NCBI RefSeq assembly: GCF_036321535.1
Contig: NC_087472.1
Location: 93,312,001-93,376,000 of the forward strand
DNA length: 64,000 bases
Direction: 5' to 3'
Origin: Camelus dromedarius
Lineage: Eukaryota
This document shows positions 40,202 to 54,003 of the stretch, piece after piece. Within the stretch, counting starts at the first letter, position 1, and each line of letters begins with the position of its first letter. A model generated the notes under the pieces. It made no database searches and was not told the DNA's origin. It saw nothing but the letters and a program-made list of their open reading frames with translations. The position numbers and the translations under genes are program-made.

Positions 40202-40873
40202 TTACATATCAAATTGGTTTTTTTTTTTTAAAGACTAAGAGTTTAGAATAAGTGAAATAATATTCAACCAATTCAGTTAAGGTATTAATTTGAATCACCA
40301 TTATTAATAAGCTATTTAAATACAGAAAGAATATATATATACTTTTATGTTATAGCTTCTCTCTTCTCCTTTTCACTGTTTTATACAAATCTTTGAATAT
40401 TAAAACAGGTTCCAGAATTTGAATATAATTTATACTTTAACTGTATAAAATGAAATGTAGTTGCATCAATCTTACATATAATACAGTTTAACATTTAATT
40501 GCTAATCAACTTTTAATGTGAAATAAAATTCATATATATTTCACTTACCATTATTGGACTTAACAGAATGTGTCCTATCACTGTTTGCTATAAATCAACC
40601 TGTAAGTGAATTATGGTTTTCTACAAACTTCCTTTATAAAATTGGAGAAAAACTTTTCTTGAAAAGACTTAAAACAGTAGATATATTAAAACTAAATTTA
40701 AAAATTCAAGGGAGTATAGAAAAGTCACATATTTAATGAAAAGGTAACAGTCAAATATTACTATTTATTATTTATTGCTACTATTATTATCATATTATTT
40801 TTATGAGTACTACAATGCCTGTTATGTTAACTGTGGAGTAACTGTGGAGATTAATAAGAATCATCAGCTTCAG

Positions 40874-41250
40874 TGTGATGGTTTTAAAATATGGTGCAAA
40901 TTCTTTGACGTCTTCCCATCCAAATGTGGACTCTAACTCCCCCTCCCTTTAATATGGAATTGTGTAAGTGATCATGCCTAAGATATAGAATGTAGGGGAA
41001 GTAATGTTATATGACCACCAAGGCTAGGTCATGGAAGCCAGAGCTTCTGTGTGGCTCTTTCTCTTGGATGACTCACTCTGGGAGAAGCCAGCTTCTATGT
41101 TTTGAGAACACTCAAGCAGCACTGTGGAGAGGTCCTGTTGAAGAGGAAATAAGTTTTCCTGTGGATAACTAGCACCAAATTCGTGGCCATATAAGTGAGC
41201 CACATTGGAAGCAGATCTTCTAGCCCTGTTAATTCTTCAGGTGACTGACT
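40874..41250 (+). mobile_element. MaLR LTR (MLT1F-like), 3'-truncated
   Basis: TGTGATGGTTTTAAAATATGG...CACTCTGGGAGAAGCCAGC...GAGAACACTCAAGCAGC...TGAGCCACATTGGAAGCAGATC. Confidence 0.8.
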
Positions 41251-43109
41251 CATCAAAGATGTGGGTACAAATATCCAGCTGGAGGAAGCACAAATGTAAA
41301 GGCTCAAAAGAGCAACATATCATGGAATGTTAGGTATGGTCAAGAAACCAAAAGATAGTATGACTGGAGCATAATGAAAAAGGAGTGAGTAGGAAGAGAA
41401 ACTGGATTGTGAGGTAGGCTGGTAAGTTGAAATTCAGTTATTGTCACTTTGAGGTAACAGTGTCCATCTCAGTTCTAATAACCTGGTGTCTAAAAAAGCG
41501 CTGCTTAAATCATTTCTACTTATTTAGAACATTTCTGGAAGGCACATTCACATTGCACTTGCTTGACATTTAATCAGATTTTTAGACTGGCAAAAATGAT
41601 AGGCTGAAGTTGCTCACGGTAAGTCATAACACCTCATTTGATAGCTTGCTGAATAATAGATGAAAGTATTATATCCATTTCAATTCATTCTTTCAATTCA
41701 TCTCCATGAGTGCCAACTAAAATGACTGCTGTTACATGCAAAAAAAGTGTATAACCTCTACAATACTATCAGAACTTTACTATTATTTTTCCAAGATATG
41801 AAGTGAATAATTCCTTGTACGTTTCTTCCTCTATCTCTGATATATTTATGGAGAGAAAAAAAATTAAACACTTAAAATATACATTCAGGTTCAAAATGGA
41901 AGACATACTAATAGCTTTAGGAAGTAGAAATGCTTTCCATTTGTTTTCTTATTTTAAAATCAAGGATGCTAGAAAAAGGGTGTAGATTTGATTCTACTTT
42001 ATACAGAGGCCCTGATTCTCCTTTCTTAAAATAGGGTTGATAGAGCAGGAAAAGTCCTTCCCTTCGAGGTATGTTAGTCTTCTACATGAGTCAAGTTGTG
42101 AAGCCTTATACACTGTCATACTCAAGATACATTTTAATTCGGTTACTAAACCACTTACTGGGAGAAGATGAAACTTGAAAATAAAGGAGAAACATGTGGT
42201 CCTGAAATTTAATCTATAAATAATCCCATAAGGAATCTCAGCAGGGATATATAAAACTACTTTAAATATTAGTACAGCTCCTTGTCTCGATTAAGTATAT
42301 TTGCTTTTCTTTTTTTTTTTTAAGGGACTTGACTGGAGGTATCAAGTTACATGAAGAAAAATATGGGTTAGGTTGAGGTTGATCAGCAATTAGATGAATG
42401 TAGAAGAATTGAAGAATGAAGTGTATGCAGAACTCACCCAAGCATTGTCAAGGGAAGAGTGAGTCTTGATCAAAAACATTATTATCGTTCTACTATAAGG
42501 AAGAGTTCTTAAAGCTACCTAATGGTTGAAGGACACTTCTTCAAGTTATCTGTCTTTTCTTATCAAAATCCATGCTTCCTTTGCAGTATTTTGGTTATAG
42601 TCTGCCTTCTCACTACAGATCAGCCTAAAGAAAGAAAATATACTAGTCATGCCAACACATGTGCTCTGTTGCATATGAACTCTGGTATATAGATATGGAT
42701 AAATAGGTAGACAGATACATTTTTATTTTAGTCTTCTAATTTTTTTAATTAAAAAAATTTTTCACACAATTCTAAACTTTGTGAATATAATAAATCTGAT
42801 TTTGAATGATGAATCTGTTATTATCATGCTCTTGAGATCTATTATCTGAACCACAAATCCCACATACTTGAGCCTGGACAATGGTAAATTAACCAAAATA
42901 ATGTCCCTCACTGAGACTTTTGGGTAGGACTTTCATCATTTTTTACACATCTATATTGCTTTGTCCTTCTTTTGACTTTATGAAGAATCATTTGATAAGT
43001 AATTTTCAATGGCTCTCCTTTGGGTTTCTTAATCCTTGGGAGAGGCTTCTCCCCACTCCCCCACCCTCACACACACTCCTTTCCCTCTTTTGCAATAAAT
43101 CAATTCTGA

Positions 43110-44228
43110 GCAACCTACTAAATGGGAGAAATATTTGCAAATCATATATCTGAAAGGGGTTAATATCCAAAATATATAAAGAACTCACATAACTCAACAG
43201 CAAAAAAAACACACAATCTGATTAAAAAATGGGCAGAGGATCTGAATATTTTTCCAAAGAAGATACACAAATAGTCCCCAGGCACATAAAAAGATGCTCA
43301 ACATCACTAATTATCAGAGAAATATGAATCAAAACCACAATGAGGTATCATCTCACACCTGTTTAGAATAGCTATTATTAAAAAGCCACAAGAAATAACA
43401 AGTATTGGCAAGGAGGTAGAGAAAAAGGAATCCTAGTGCACTATTGTTGGGAATGTAAATTGGTGCAGGCAGTATAGAAAACAGTACAGAGGTTTCCCCC
43501 AAAAAACTAAAAATAGAACCACTATATGATCTAGCAATTCTGCTTCTGGGTATCTTTATGAAGAAAACAAAAATACTAACTCAAAAAGATATCTGCATCC
43601 TCATGTTTACTGCAGCATTATTTACAATACACAAGATACAGAAACAACCTAAGTGTGTCCATAGATGAATGAATGGATAAGGAAAATGTGTGTGTGGTAT
43701 ACACACACACACACAGGAATATTATTCAGCCATAAAAAGAATGAAATCCTGCCATTTGCAACAACCTAGATGGGCCTTGAGGGCATTATACTAAGTAAAA
43801 TAAGTCAGACAAAGACAAATACTGTGTTATCTCGCTTATATGAGAAATCTAAAACAACAAAACCCAAGCTTATAAACCAAACAAATTGGTGGTTACCAGA
43901 GTGCCAGAGGTAAGGGGCCAGTGGATGGGAGAAATGGATGAAGAGAGTCAAAAGGTACAAACTTCCAGCTATAAAATAAATAAGTCTTGGGGATGTAATA
44001 TACAGCATGGTGACTATAGTTAATTAAACTGTATTTCATATTTGAAAGTTGCTAAGAGAATGAATTGTAAAAGTTCTCTTCAAGAGAAGAAAATTCCCAT
44101 AACTACGGCAACTAGACTTACTGTGGTGATCATTTTGCAATATATACAACTAACTAATCATTGTGTTGTACATCTCAAACTAACATAATGTATGTCAATT
44201 ATACTTTAATAAAAAATTTTTAACAAAA
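43110..44228 (+). mobile_element. 5'-truncated older L1 (L1MA-type) 3' end
   Basis: ORF2 C-terminus plus a 3' UTR like that of the 14470 element. Degenerate TSD AATAAATCAATTCTGA (43094) / AATAAAGCAGTTATGA (44229), 13/16 identical. Confidence 0.92.
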
Positions 44229-46029
44229 AATAAAGCAGTTATGAAATTTGCAAAAGGCTGGGTATTTTTTAATTGCTTTGGAAATTTTAGGGTGATAGAC
44301 ATCTCAATACTTTCATATTGTTTTGCTAAAGTGATTATACCTGTTATAATCAAAAAGATGTTTCCAGGGAGTTTGGTTGCCATCTTCAGAATATATTTTA
44401 CCATAGGATGTATCAAAATAAACATTACTATATAATAAAATTCCACACCTTAAGCCATGTATTATTTAGATAATTTTAACCAGCTGTTTTAAAACTGTTT
44501 ATTCAAGATTAAATAATTAAATGTGGTAGAACACTGTAGCTTTTTTTTCAGTGTAAAGGTCAATATTAAACAAAAATAATCTAAAGTTTTACATGCCCAT
44601 TTTCCCTTTTCTAAATATTGAAGCATTTTCCCCTTTAAATATAAATATCTCTATGAGAAATTCTTCTTTGTGCTTATAACAAGGAAAAAAAAGTCTCCTC
44701 TTGCCTTATTACATTTCCTTTCGGCAATAAAAATCCTATGATGCTTCAGGTGAAATTTTGAACTTGGTTGCTATAGCTTGCATTTTATGATATAATATTC
44801 CCATTGATCTGAAAGCTCTTTTCTTTGTTGGTCAGTCTCATTGTTTGTGTTTATTGTAATCCTCCTCAAAATGCTTTATGAAAGTAGCAAGCAAAATATA
44901 ATCATTCTCTGCCTTAGGATATAATGTTGTTCATTTCATGAACTATTTATAATTTAAATATGCTATAAAAATATATTCTTCTACTAACAATTGTTTTAAC
45001 ATCATTTTAGTTATAGGAAACAGTCACTTTTTTTTTTTGCTTTGCTTTTAAAGGCCGTAGTATATAAGTCCTGTATTGCTTGAATCTAAAACTGCCCTAA
45101 CTGAACTGTGACCTATTGTTTTCTCCTCTCCAAGGGGACTTCATATTCATTAGTTGTCTCCTTTAAGATATTTTGCAAGATCTGACACGTGGATATGTTT
45201 ATTAAATTAATGACAGGAAAAGTTCCCAGACAGAATCTTCAAATGCAAAATATCTGCTAACAAAAACAAAGACACCAGCAAATAGATGTCTGAGAAAAGC
45301 AAAGCTGGATACTAAAAGATACTCGGCATCCAACATAAGTAACCAAAGAAAGGCTTGACTATCATGGTAATGACCTGATAACAGCTCCTTAGCGGTAGAA
45401 ATGGTGTTGTATGATTATGAAATCTTCAGCCCAATCTTGGTCATCATAAAAGAGCCACACTATGGAGCAAACACTTTGTTTATACCTGAAGTAATATCCA
45501 TCCTTCTGATGACATATTAACCTTATATTTATTATAAGCCAAGCTGAGTGTGTGAAATTGGCAAGGATTCCCTAACTTGTATACAAGAAGAGGGATCATT
45601 TCCTTTCCCTGAAACCCCGAGATGAAACAGTCTGTGTGCTGTGTATAAGGATGGAATGAAATCCCACGGGATTCTGAACAGAAAAGGGGAGATTTAGTGA
45701 TCTCAATATAAGCTCTAGCTCCATCAGATTTTGCCAGCCAACCAAAGAGAAGATTAAATGGCAACAGAAACTGCTTTAGAAAACCACCAGTTAAGGCTTT
45801 GGGAATTTGCCCCAAACCTAAAATTTGCACCTTGAAGATACAAAAGATTAATCATAACCCCAGATACTTCATTAGTCCGTGAGTCACATCAGGATGCATG
45901 TGATGGTAAATATGATGGTTCTAAACTATTCTATATGGTAATATATTAAAGAATCCTGATTTGGCGTCAAGATAGATTGCTCAAATCACAGACAATTGAA
46001 TCATCTCATCCAAACAAACAGCTCATCTA

Positions 46030-46220
46030 GGAAGGACAAAAGGAAGAGAGCTGGCATTTACTGAGCACCCACCATACATCATGTTAGGCTTATTGCTATT
46101 CCTTCTCACATACTCAATATACTTTAAAACTCAGAATATCTCTAAGCGGAGGGTGCTCTTGGTTACAGAAAACAGAAGTAACTGAAGTGCATGGAAATGG
46201 AGTAAATTACCCATGCTCTG
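46030..46220 (-). mobile_element. MIR fragment, antisense
   Basis: GCTGGCATTTACTGAGCACC...TTACAGAAAACAGAAGTAACTGAAG...AGTAAATTACCCA. Confidence 0.5.
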
Positions 46221-46419
46221 CTCTGTCCTACCTCCACTGGCCTCCAATCAAAATTTCTTCCAGATGTTTAGAATCATCATAAAACTTTCTTGTTCTTCTC
46301 TGCAGAAATGAAAGAATAGATATGAACTATATGAGCATGTATAGGATTGAAATGACATTGGATTATATTTATAAAACAGCTTAAAATTTGGAATCTTTAA
46401 AATAGTCCTCCTATCCAAT

Positions 46420-49320
46420 AAAATAAATCTAAGCTTTTGTAAATTGTTCTTCTAGAGTTCAGAAAACTCTAGTAGCAAAGAAAGGTATTGATTTTAACAT
46501 TCTAACTTTAATTAGCCAACTTTCTGAATGCTCTCATATTTCTTAAAATTTTTCTGTCTATTCTGTAGAATTTTTCAGGTACAGACTCATATCTTGTATA
46601 GGTTATGGTGTTTTTTTGTCATCTTTTCAATATTTATAATTCCTATTGTTTCCCTGTTTAATTGTTTTTGCTAGCAGTTCTAAATGTTCAAAGTAACATT
46701 TTTAAATAAAATGTTCAAAGCACTTCACTCTTGTTCTGAATTTAATAAAAAAAGTTTCTGGACTTTTATTATTTAGTATGTTTCTACTGATGTATGTGTA
46801 CATGTGTATGTAACTAAAATAACATTATTTACTACATTAAAGATTATAGATGTATCCTCATTTTTCTTTTAGTAAGAAATTTTATTATTGGGAATATTAA
46901 GTTTTATCAAATTCAATATTAACTTCTATAAAATGGTCTTATGATTATTTTTCTTATATTAAAATTCTCATATGAACGATTTTTGAGTTGTAGTATGAAT
47001 ACCTGTTTGTCTTGAAGTACCGTTATTTTAATGTGATTTTGGATTATATTGGCTGATATTGTATATAGAATTTATATGTGAACATAAAGAAGGAACATTT
47101 AGTTGTGTTGATTTGATATAATTATTTTCTAGCTTAATGTAAATACCTTTATATTGGTTCTTTATAATTTGAAGGACTAATGGTATCCAGTCAATGTAGT
47201 TCCAATGAGTTGATAGAAATGATATATAAAACAGCAGGCTAGGTTTTGAGAGAGTAGTCCTTTTTTAACTACAATCTCTAATTCTTCCATAGTTAATTGG
47301 TTTAGTGTGGTTTTCTAACTATACTTGAGTCAACTTCAGGATTTTATATAACACTAGAAAATCTAGTAACCTACAGCTGCAGAAAATAGTCTCCTATAAT
47401 CCTTTCATTTTCACATGCCTTTGTTATTTTCCCATTTCTCACATTTAATTTTGCCTATCTGGATTATTTCATTTATCAAATGACTACCTCTTGAATTTTT
47501 CTATTACCCTCTTTTCTTTTCCTTTCTTTTTATTTCTTATCTTTTAAAAAATATTCATCAGTTTCTGCATATTTCATTTATTTCTAGGCTTCTCATTGTT
47601 GTCACAATGTATCAGTCAGTTCAGAGAAGCAGAACCAGTAAGACACAGATACTTATATATACAGATATAATCTACCTACCTACCTATCTACCTACCTACT
47701 TACCTGAGAGATTACAAGCAATTGGCTTACATGATCACTGTGACAGGTTAGCCCAATATCTGCAGGGCAAAGAGTGAGGAAGGTGCAATCACTGACAGGC
47801 TGGAACTCATGGGCATGGGAAGCTGTGTTCAGACACAGCCAGGAAAGAAAGATTACGAGCACGGTGAAAGTTTTCCATGGCATGGGTAGACGCTACTGTG
47901 CAGAGTTGGAATATCTTTTCTCTTAAGAAAGCCTCAGCTCTGTTTTTAGGCCTTCTAACTGAGTAAGTCAGATCCAATCTGACTGAAAGACAACTGATTA
48001 GAGACTTTCTTTATATCTGAAAAACCCCTTCACAGCAAAACTCAGTGTTTAAATAACTGGAGACTGTAGTGTAGCCAAGTTGCTGTATCAAAAAAAGCCA
48101 TCCAACATATCCTTTTCTGTCCCTCCTGTTTTCCTTCTTTTCTCTTTTCTAGCTAGTTCTAAAGTAAACAGTCTGTGTTCAGTTTGACTTGGGATCTTTA
48201 TAAATATAAATATCTTATTTAAACTTATGTTTCTCAGTTAATTTTGTGGGAAAAAAAAAAAAACCCTGGCAATTAACTTTTTCCTCCCAATTGTCATTAG
48301 GGTAACTCAGTTTTTTACTGATCCTTCAATTAACTTCCTCTGATATTTGGGAAAAAACAGATTTGTTGGCATCTAATTCCTGGTTCGGCCCTTCCTATAC
48401 TTTGATGTTGTTGTCTCTTATTCCTCCCACTCTAAGCTCTGCTTTGGCCTTGGGAAGTTAAACTTACCATAGATCTGTTTCTTTACTGTCTTATAAATAG
48501 AAGGCTGATGTGTATGACTGAGATTTCCTAATGGTTTGAAATAATATAAAGGAATATAAGCCAGCACCGGACAGAAAACAACATTACTGTTCAGAAAATC
48601 CCTGAATTCATATTATCATAACAATTTTTATCTTCCGGATCTAATCCTTGCCAAGGTGAACCTCTGGCATATATAAAGTATGTGCGTGTGTATATATATG
48701 TGAGTGTGTATATACACAAATATATAAAATACACATATCATATACACAAATATTATATACACACATAATCTACCAAAGGAAATTTTCAATTTGATCACAC
48801 TTTATTGCACAATTCAGCTCGATTTACCCATGCCATGGTCTTATCTTTCTCCATCATGAGGGCAATGAATTTTCTTAAAAGAAAAGAATCATTTCTACTA
48901 GCAAAAATTTATGTCTGCATCCATCCTCAAAGCAGAAGCAGCTAAGGCCAGTTTGTGCTTCTCTTTCCTTCTACTATAGGAATATACTGACTGGGATTTT
49001 TGTTTGGTCTACTGGAGTTATAATTATGCATACAAAGCTCTTGTTTCAGGAATTATAATCTGCATATTATCTTCTATAGTAGCATTAATCAAGATTATTT
49101 AAATATCCCTATATTTATGTAGATGCAATTTTCATTGCAACATTGTTTGAATACAACTTCCCCAATTGTCTGTTTACTCAGTAAGAGTTCTCTGAAAGAG
49201 TGCAAGAATGATACATTTCCAAATCACTTGCTTTTGAAAACTTTTCATATGCATCTGTAAAAGCCAGCTTCGTTGAACTTAGAATTGTAGCGGATATATT
49301 TCTCTGTGGAAAAGTACCAG
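46420..49320 (-). mobile_element. Very old L1 (L1ME/HAL1-like) fragments, antisense, interrupted by MLT2
   Basis: T-rich; TCTTGTTCTGAATTTAATAAAAAAAGTTTC, TTTTATCAAAT, TTCAGGATTTTATAT resemble antisense ORF2; boundaries uncertain. Confidence 0.45.
47608..48107 (-). mobile_element. ERVL solo LTR (MLT2-like)
   Basis: TG...CA ends; AGAGAAGCAGAACCAGTAAGA, AATTGGCTTACATGAT, TAGCCAAGTTG; internal (CTAC)n tract. Confidence 0.8.
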
Positions 49321-49411
49321 ACACGAGTTCTAGCAACAAGGAGCACCTGTGGAGTGCTGAGAATTCTGGGACTCAGAGGCCCTTCCAGTTATTACCTAGC
49401 CCTCAAACAGT

Positions 49412-50018
49412 TGTAAAAATCAAAAACAAATGGAGACCAGCCTTGAAAACTTACTGAGCAGGCAAAACTAGTTTAGTCATACAAGCAAGGCTTAATTTAG
49501 CTTATTTTGTAAGGCTAACTTGACCTGGGTCATTTCTTGTTTACGCCTCTAGAAATCATAAGTAAAACTTAAACTCTGTCCCCAGACTGATAGTAGGCAA
49601 CCACTGACCAATTCCCTACCATTTAAGAAAATTCTAATATTATAACCAACCACCGTGAAGAATAAAATCACTGCCTTCTCACTGTATAAGCTGCTTTATA
49701 ACAACATACCTCTGAGCCGCATTCGATGTTTTACTTTGAGTACTCCCAATTTGCAAACTTTTCTGTTTGTTTGTTTTCTGGTGGGGGGAGGTAATTAGGT
49801 CTATTTAATTATTCATTTAATGGAGGTACTGGGGATTGAACGCCGGACCTCATGTATGCTGAGTATGCGCTCTACCACCTGAGTAATACTCTCCCCCCAT
49901 CAACGCCACGCAAACTTTTTTTTTTTTTTTTTTTTTTTGGTATGTGCTCAATAAACTTTGACTAATTACTACTTTGGTGATTCATTGGTGTTAATTCTGC
50001 TATTCTGATCTTTTGACA
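49412..50018 (+). mobile_element. ERV1 solo LTR, related to the LTR at 22474
   Basis: TG...CA ends; 4-bp TSD CAGT/CAGG (1 mismatch); AATAAA at ~49950; shares GAGACCAG..TT.AAAA, CTGAGCAG.CAAAAC, TAGCTTATTT and ATTTCTTGT with 22474-22914. Confidence 0.85.
49763..49909 (-). mobile_element. tRNA-derived SINE, camelid vic-1 type, nested in the LTR
   Basis: Minus strand reads GGGGAGAGTATTACTCAGGTGGTAGAGCGCAT...GTTCAATCCCCAGTACCTCC...CCTAATTACCTCCCC plus a (AAAC)n tail. TSD GCAAACTTTT at 49753-49762 and 49910-49919. Confidence 0.88.
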
Positions 50019-53000
50019 CAGGCTACAGGCTAAAAAAAGCCTAGGCACCAGTCTGACCACACACTGGGAGCCAAGAGGTCTTTTCAGCCACTTTACAGCT
50101 TTCCAAATACAGCCTCAAAGACCCCTATGGCCACCAGCCTGTCCAAGAACTGGTATTCCAAGGGCCTTTGATGTTTTAGGCTACCTACTGGCAAAGGAAC
50201 CTAGGGCTCTATCAGCAATCATCCCACCCGCACAGCAGTGCCTCTGGGACTCTTTCTGAAACCCAGGTGCTGTAAAATCCGCAACTCCTACTAGGCTATC
50301 AACAGGACCAGCGCTCTCTGCCTCAGTGCACCTCACCCTCTCAGACCCCAGAACTCTACTGAAAACCTACCTGGCACTTCAGTGGTACACGGGAGCACTT
50401 CCAGACGCTTTCTGCCCTGGCGATGGTGCCCTAAGGGTCCTTTCTGAAACCACACAGCACACAAACTGTATCCCAGAGTAACCTTATGGTAGCCAGCCCC
50501 CTTGCTGTGGAATACAAGGATCTACTGGCAATCATCCTTCCAGGGCAAAGACACTTCCGGCGCCCGTTCTCTCACTTTTATTACGTCACGTTAGTGCAGC
50601 TGAAAATCTTCCGGCCAGCACACTTCCTGTTAGCTAGGGCTACGGGATTCCTTCGTCCTCAGTTTGAACCCTGAGCAACTGAGGATTCTTCGGGGACCAG
50701 CCTGTCCGTCTGTTAGGGAAAGGAGAGCATTTTTTGGTCACGACATTAGCATCCAACAGAGGAAGCAGGATAATTCCTTCAATCTGTAGTCGGCTCACAA
50801 GTTCGGGAATCATGAGCCTTCTCGGCCACCGTCTCTACCTCACGCAGGTGCCCCAGAAACTTCCTGCCAGGAACCTGCCTGCTCATTAGGGTTCCGCGAA
50901 TTCTTTAGGCTCCCAGATGGTCCTTATAAGGGAAAAACACAGGTAATTTATACTTGGCCGTCAACAGGCCTTTCGGTCTGGAGATATCTTTCCCAGTCAG
51001 ATAGCTAGACTCTTACCACTTCGCTAGGGTCACGTGGCAGTGAGAGGACTTCTGGACACACACAGTAGTGCCAGGGCCCTACCCAAAACCCTTGCTGTGG
51101 AATATGACCCTTTTGGGAACTAACCTTCCAGCACCCTGGGGCCCCCTTTGGTAGCATAGTACCATCACATTAACTTCACGAAGGCATTTCCAACACTAAG
51201 TGTTTCAGGGAGCTACTCTTTCCACCTACAGTTGGTACTGGGTATCCGGAGATTTTCTATCAGTTTGTCCCAATGATCATGATTCCTTTTGGCTCAGTAA
51301 TAGGAGCCATTTCGGCCACCATTTCCCACCACTCCACCCTCATTACCCTGGAGAACCTTGCTACCACCAATTTAGCCCACTAGAATGCCAGAGCTCCTTC
51401 CGACCCAGAGTCGTCAAGGAAGTATGTGCCCTTGAGACCATCTCCGTTCCCATAGGCTGCAGAACCCAGATACCTTGGGCATCTAGGACCCCTGGAATTC
51501 TCCCAGACACGTGCAGTCCAGAGAACTGGCAGCCCGGAGCATTTTAGGACACCTTCTGCCCTGGTGCTGTTGTCCTGTGGGCCCTTTATGAGACCATGCT
51601 GACCGTGTATCGGGTTCCAGGAGAGCCCTTATGGGCACTAGCTTGCTCTAGTGCTGAAGAATATGTGGCCTTATTGACACCTATGTATCTAGAACATTGG
51701 TGCAGGCGGCTCCTTTTCGCCATGGCATGGCACCTCCATCCAGGGAGCCTTCCAGGGGCCAGACTTCCATCCAGGTAGAGTTCTGGGATTCCTGCTGGCC
51801 CCTAAGGCTAGTGAATCTTAGGTTCTTTAGTGACCAGATAGCTCGCCTGTGGTGGAAAGGAAAGCACTTTGGGCCATGGAACAAGCCACTGGGTGGGGAG
51901 GGGTAGGCCTCAACTGCTCGTAGTCAGCCAGCAAACTGATGAAGTTAAGATCCGCCTGGGCCACCGTCTGCCCATCCAGCTGGTGCCTCAGGGGAACCTT
52001 CCTGCCACAAACCTGCCTCTTCGATAGGGTTCCGTGGATTCTTCACACCTCAAGGAAGTTTTTTTAATCATTGGAAGCATGAGCTCCTCCTACCAGCACT
52101 TCAGCAGGAGGTGACCTTTACGCCCTGGGCCCATCGAGCCACCACTCCCTCTCACAGCCCAGGACACTACCATGTACATGCCTGACTCCTCAAGGATGCC
52201 TTGCTTCCGGACACTACCCTGACATTGTCCTGGTGACCCTTATGACAACCAGACTGTCAGTGCACGGGGGTCCTGTGAGTGGAATTAAGAATCCTTGCTG
52301 TGGCATACGGCTTTACTGGGAACCATTCAGCTTGTTGGTGCCTGGGGGTCCCTCTGGCCCCAACACTCCCATCATGTTAGTGTCATGAGGGCCGTTCCAG
52401 ACTTAGAATTTTCGTGAGGCTCTTCCTACCCGTAGTCCATATAAGAGTCAGGAGTTTTGGCCAAAAGTTTGCCTGCCTGCTGTTGAAACTGGAGTACATT
52501 CGATCGTGGCACTGCTTTATGACTGAGATACCATGGGCCCTCTCGGCTAAGGAATTTGAACCCTTTTGGCCACCATCCTTCCCCCAGCTCTGGTGCTCCG
52601 GAGAACCACCGATCAATACCTTTGCTCTAAGGTTCTAGGGCTCTTTCCGGCCTAGTGTCATTCATGTGACCTGGAACTGAAGGTTCTTATGCCACCTGTC
52701 CCTGTGATGCAGAGTCCAGAACCCTTCATGGAACCTTAGGCCAGGCTGTGGTGAGCTAACAGCCCCTCCAGCCCTCAGCTAACTCGTGTGCCATTGAACT
52801 TAGAGCCAGTTTGCTCGACAGTGTCCTTGGGAACTTGCCAATCAAAAGCTGGCCCAGCACCTAAGGTTCCTGCTCCCCTAGTCTCACCCCGATTTGGGGA
52901 CAGTATACTCTTGTGACCATCACCCTCCAGACAGTCTGCAGAACTCGGATCCCTTTGTGCATCTCACCATTTCGATTGGTAGGAACCTGAGGATCCTTCT

Positions 53001-53763
53001 GGAATCATGCTGCCTTGGGCACTAACACTCAGAAAGGGCTTCTGGACACATTCTGCCCTGGTGTTGGTGACCTGTGGATCCTTTCTGAGATGAGACTACA
53101 TTTACATGGGGTTCCAGGAGAGCCCTTTATGTACAGTAGCCTGCAATCTTGCTTTGGAAAGGAATTCTCTATTGGCAACCACTCACCCAGAAATCGTGCA
53201 TGGAGCTCCTTCCCACCCCAGTTACTTCAGGGTGTTGACCCAGGGAATCTTCCTGCCACCAACCTGTTCACTAGGTTTCCAGCGATTATTCAGGCCCCCA
53301 TAGTGTCTTTATGCAGTGTAATCATGGGTTCCTCTCACTCGACTTTCAGGACTAGCTCTTTTAGTCTGGGTCATTCTTGCTTTCTCAGTCCCCAGGACTC
53401 CTCCAATGTTTACTTTCCATTGGGCTGATGCCCAGGTGAGCACTTTCAAACTCCATCTTCCCTAGCATTGCTGTCCTGGAGGCCCTTTTGTGACCAGACT
53501 GCCTCTGTACTAGAATATTATGGGCCTAAGTAAGAATTCATGTTGAGGAATATACACTCCTACTAGAAACCATACTTGTACTCTCAGGTTAGTGTCATGA
53601 GGGCTCCTATGTTCCCATAAATTTCCAAGAGTCCTTTTGGCCCCGGGAATTTCTAGCCATCAATTTGCCCATCTGCTCTAGAAAACAAATCATGTTCAGT
53701 CACGGTTTAGGATGCCTCCTGGGACAGTGTGGGCCTTTTCGGATCCAGAATCTGAGCCTTTCA

Positions 53764-54003
53764 GGATGTGAGGGTGATCTGGCTGCAACATCTGTTACCC
53801 CACTGATTGCCAGGGTTGATTTGGCTGTTCTGGCTGGCTAGGTTGGTGTCCCCTTCCTCCCTCACCACTCCATATGTGTCCCTCCCGAAGCTGCACGCTC
53901 GGTTGAAGAGGACGACCATCCCTGATAGAGGAGGACCGTTCCTCTTGGTCAAGGGTATATGAGTAGCTGCGCTCCCCTGCTAGAACCTCCAAACAATCTC
54001 TCA
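53764..54003 (+). pseudogene. 7SK snRNA retropseudogene (RN7SK-derived), 3'-truncated, no poly(A) tail
   Basis: GGATGTGAGGGTGATCTGGCTGCAACATCTG...GAAGAGGACGACCATCCC...GCTCCCCTGCTAGAACCTCCAAACAA matches 7SK from nt 1 to ~240, with mostly CpG transitions. Flanked by identical CAGAATCTGAGCCTTTCA at 53746-53763 and 54002-54019. Confidence 0.96.

Noticed and set aside
35645..40215. TSD enclosing the whole 35666-40201 L1 composite
   Set aside because: AAAAAAGAAGTATCAG versus AAAAAATTACATATCAA is too weak and A-rich to accept.
28337..49909. tRNA genes at ~28410-28498 and ~49820-49898
   Set aside because: The tRNA-like heads are followed by a shared SINE tail and TSDs, and the A/B boxes are decayed.
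53764..54003. Functional RN7SK gene
   Set aside because: Lacks the 3' ~90 nt and T-run terminator, has no upstream PSE/TATA, is flanked by a TSD and shows CpG decay.
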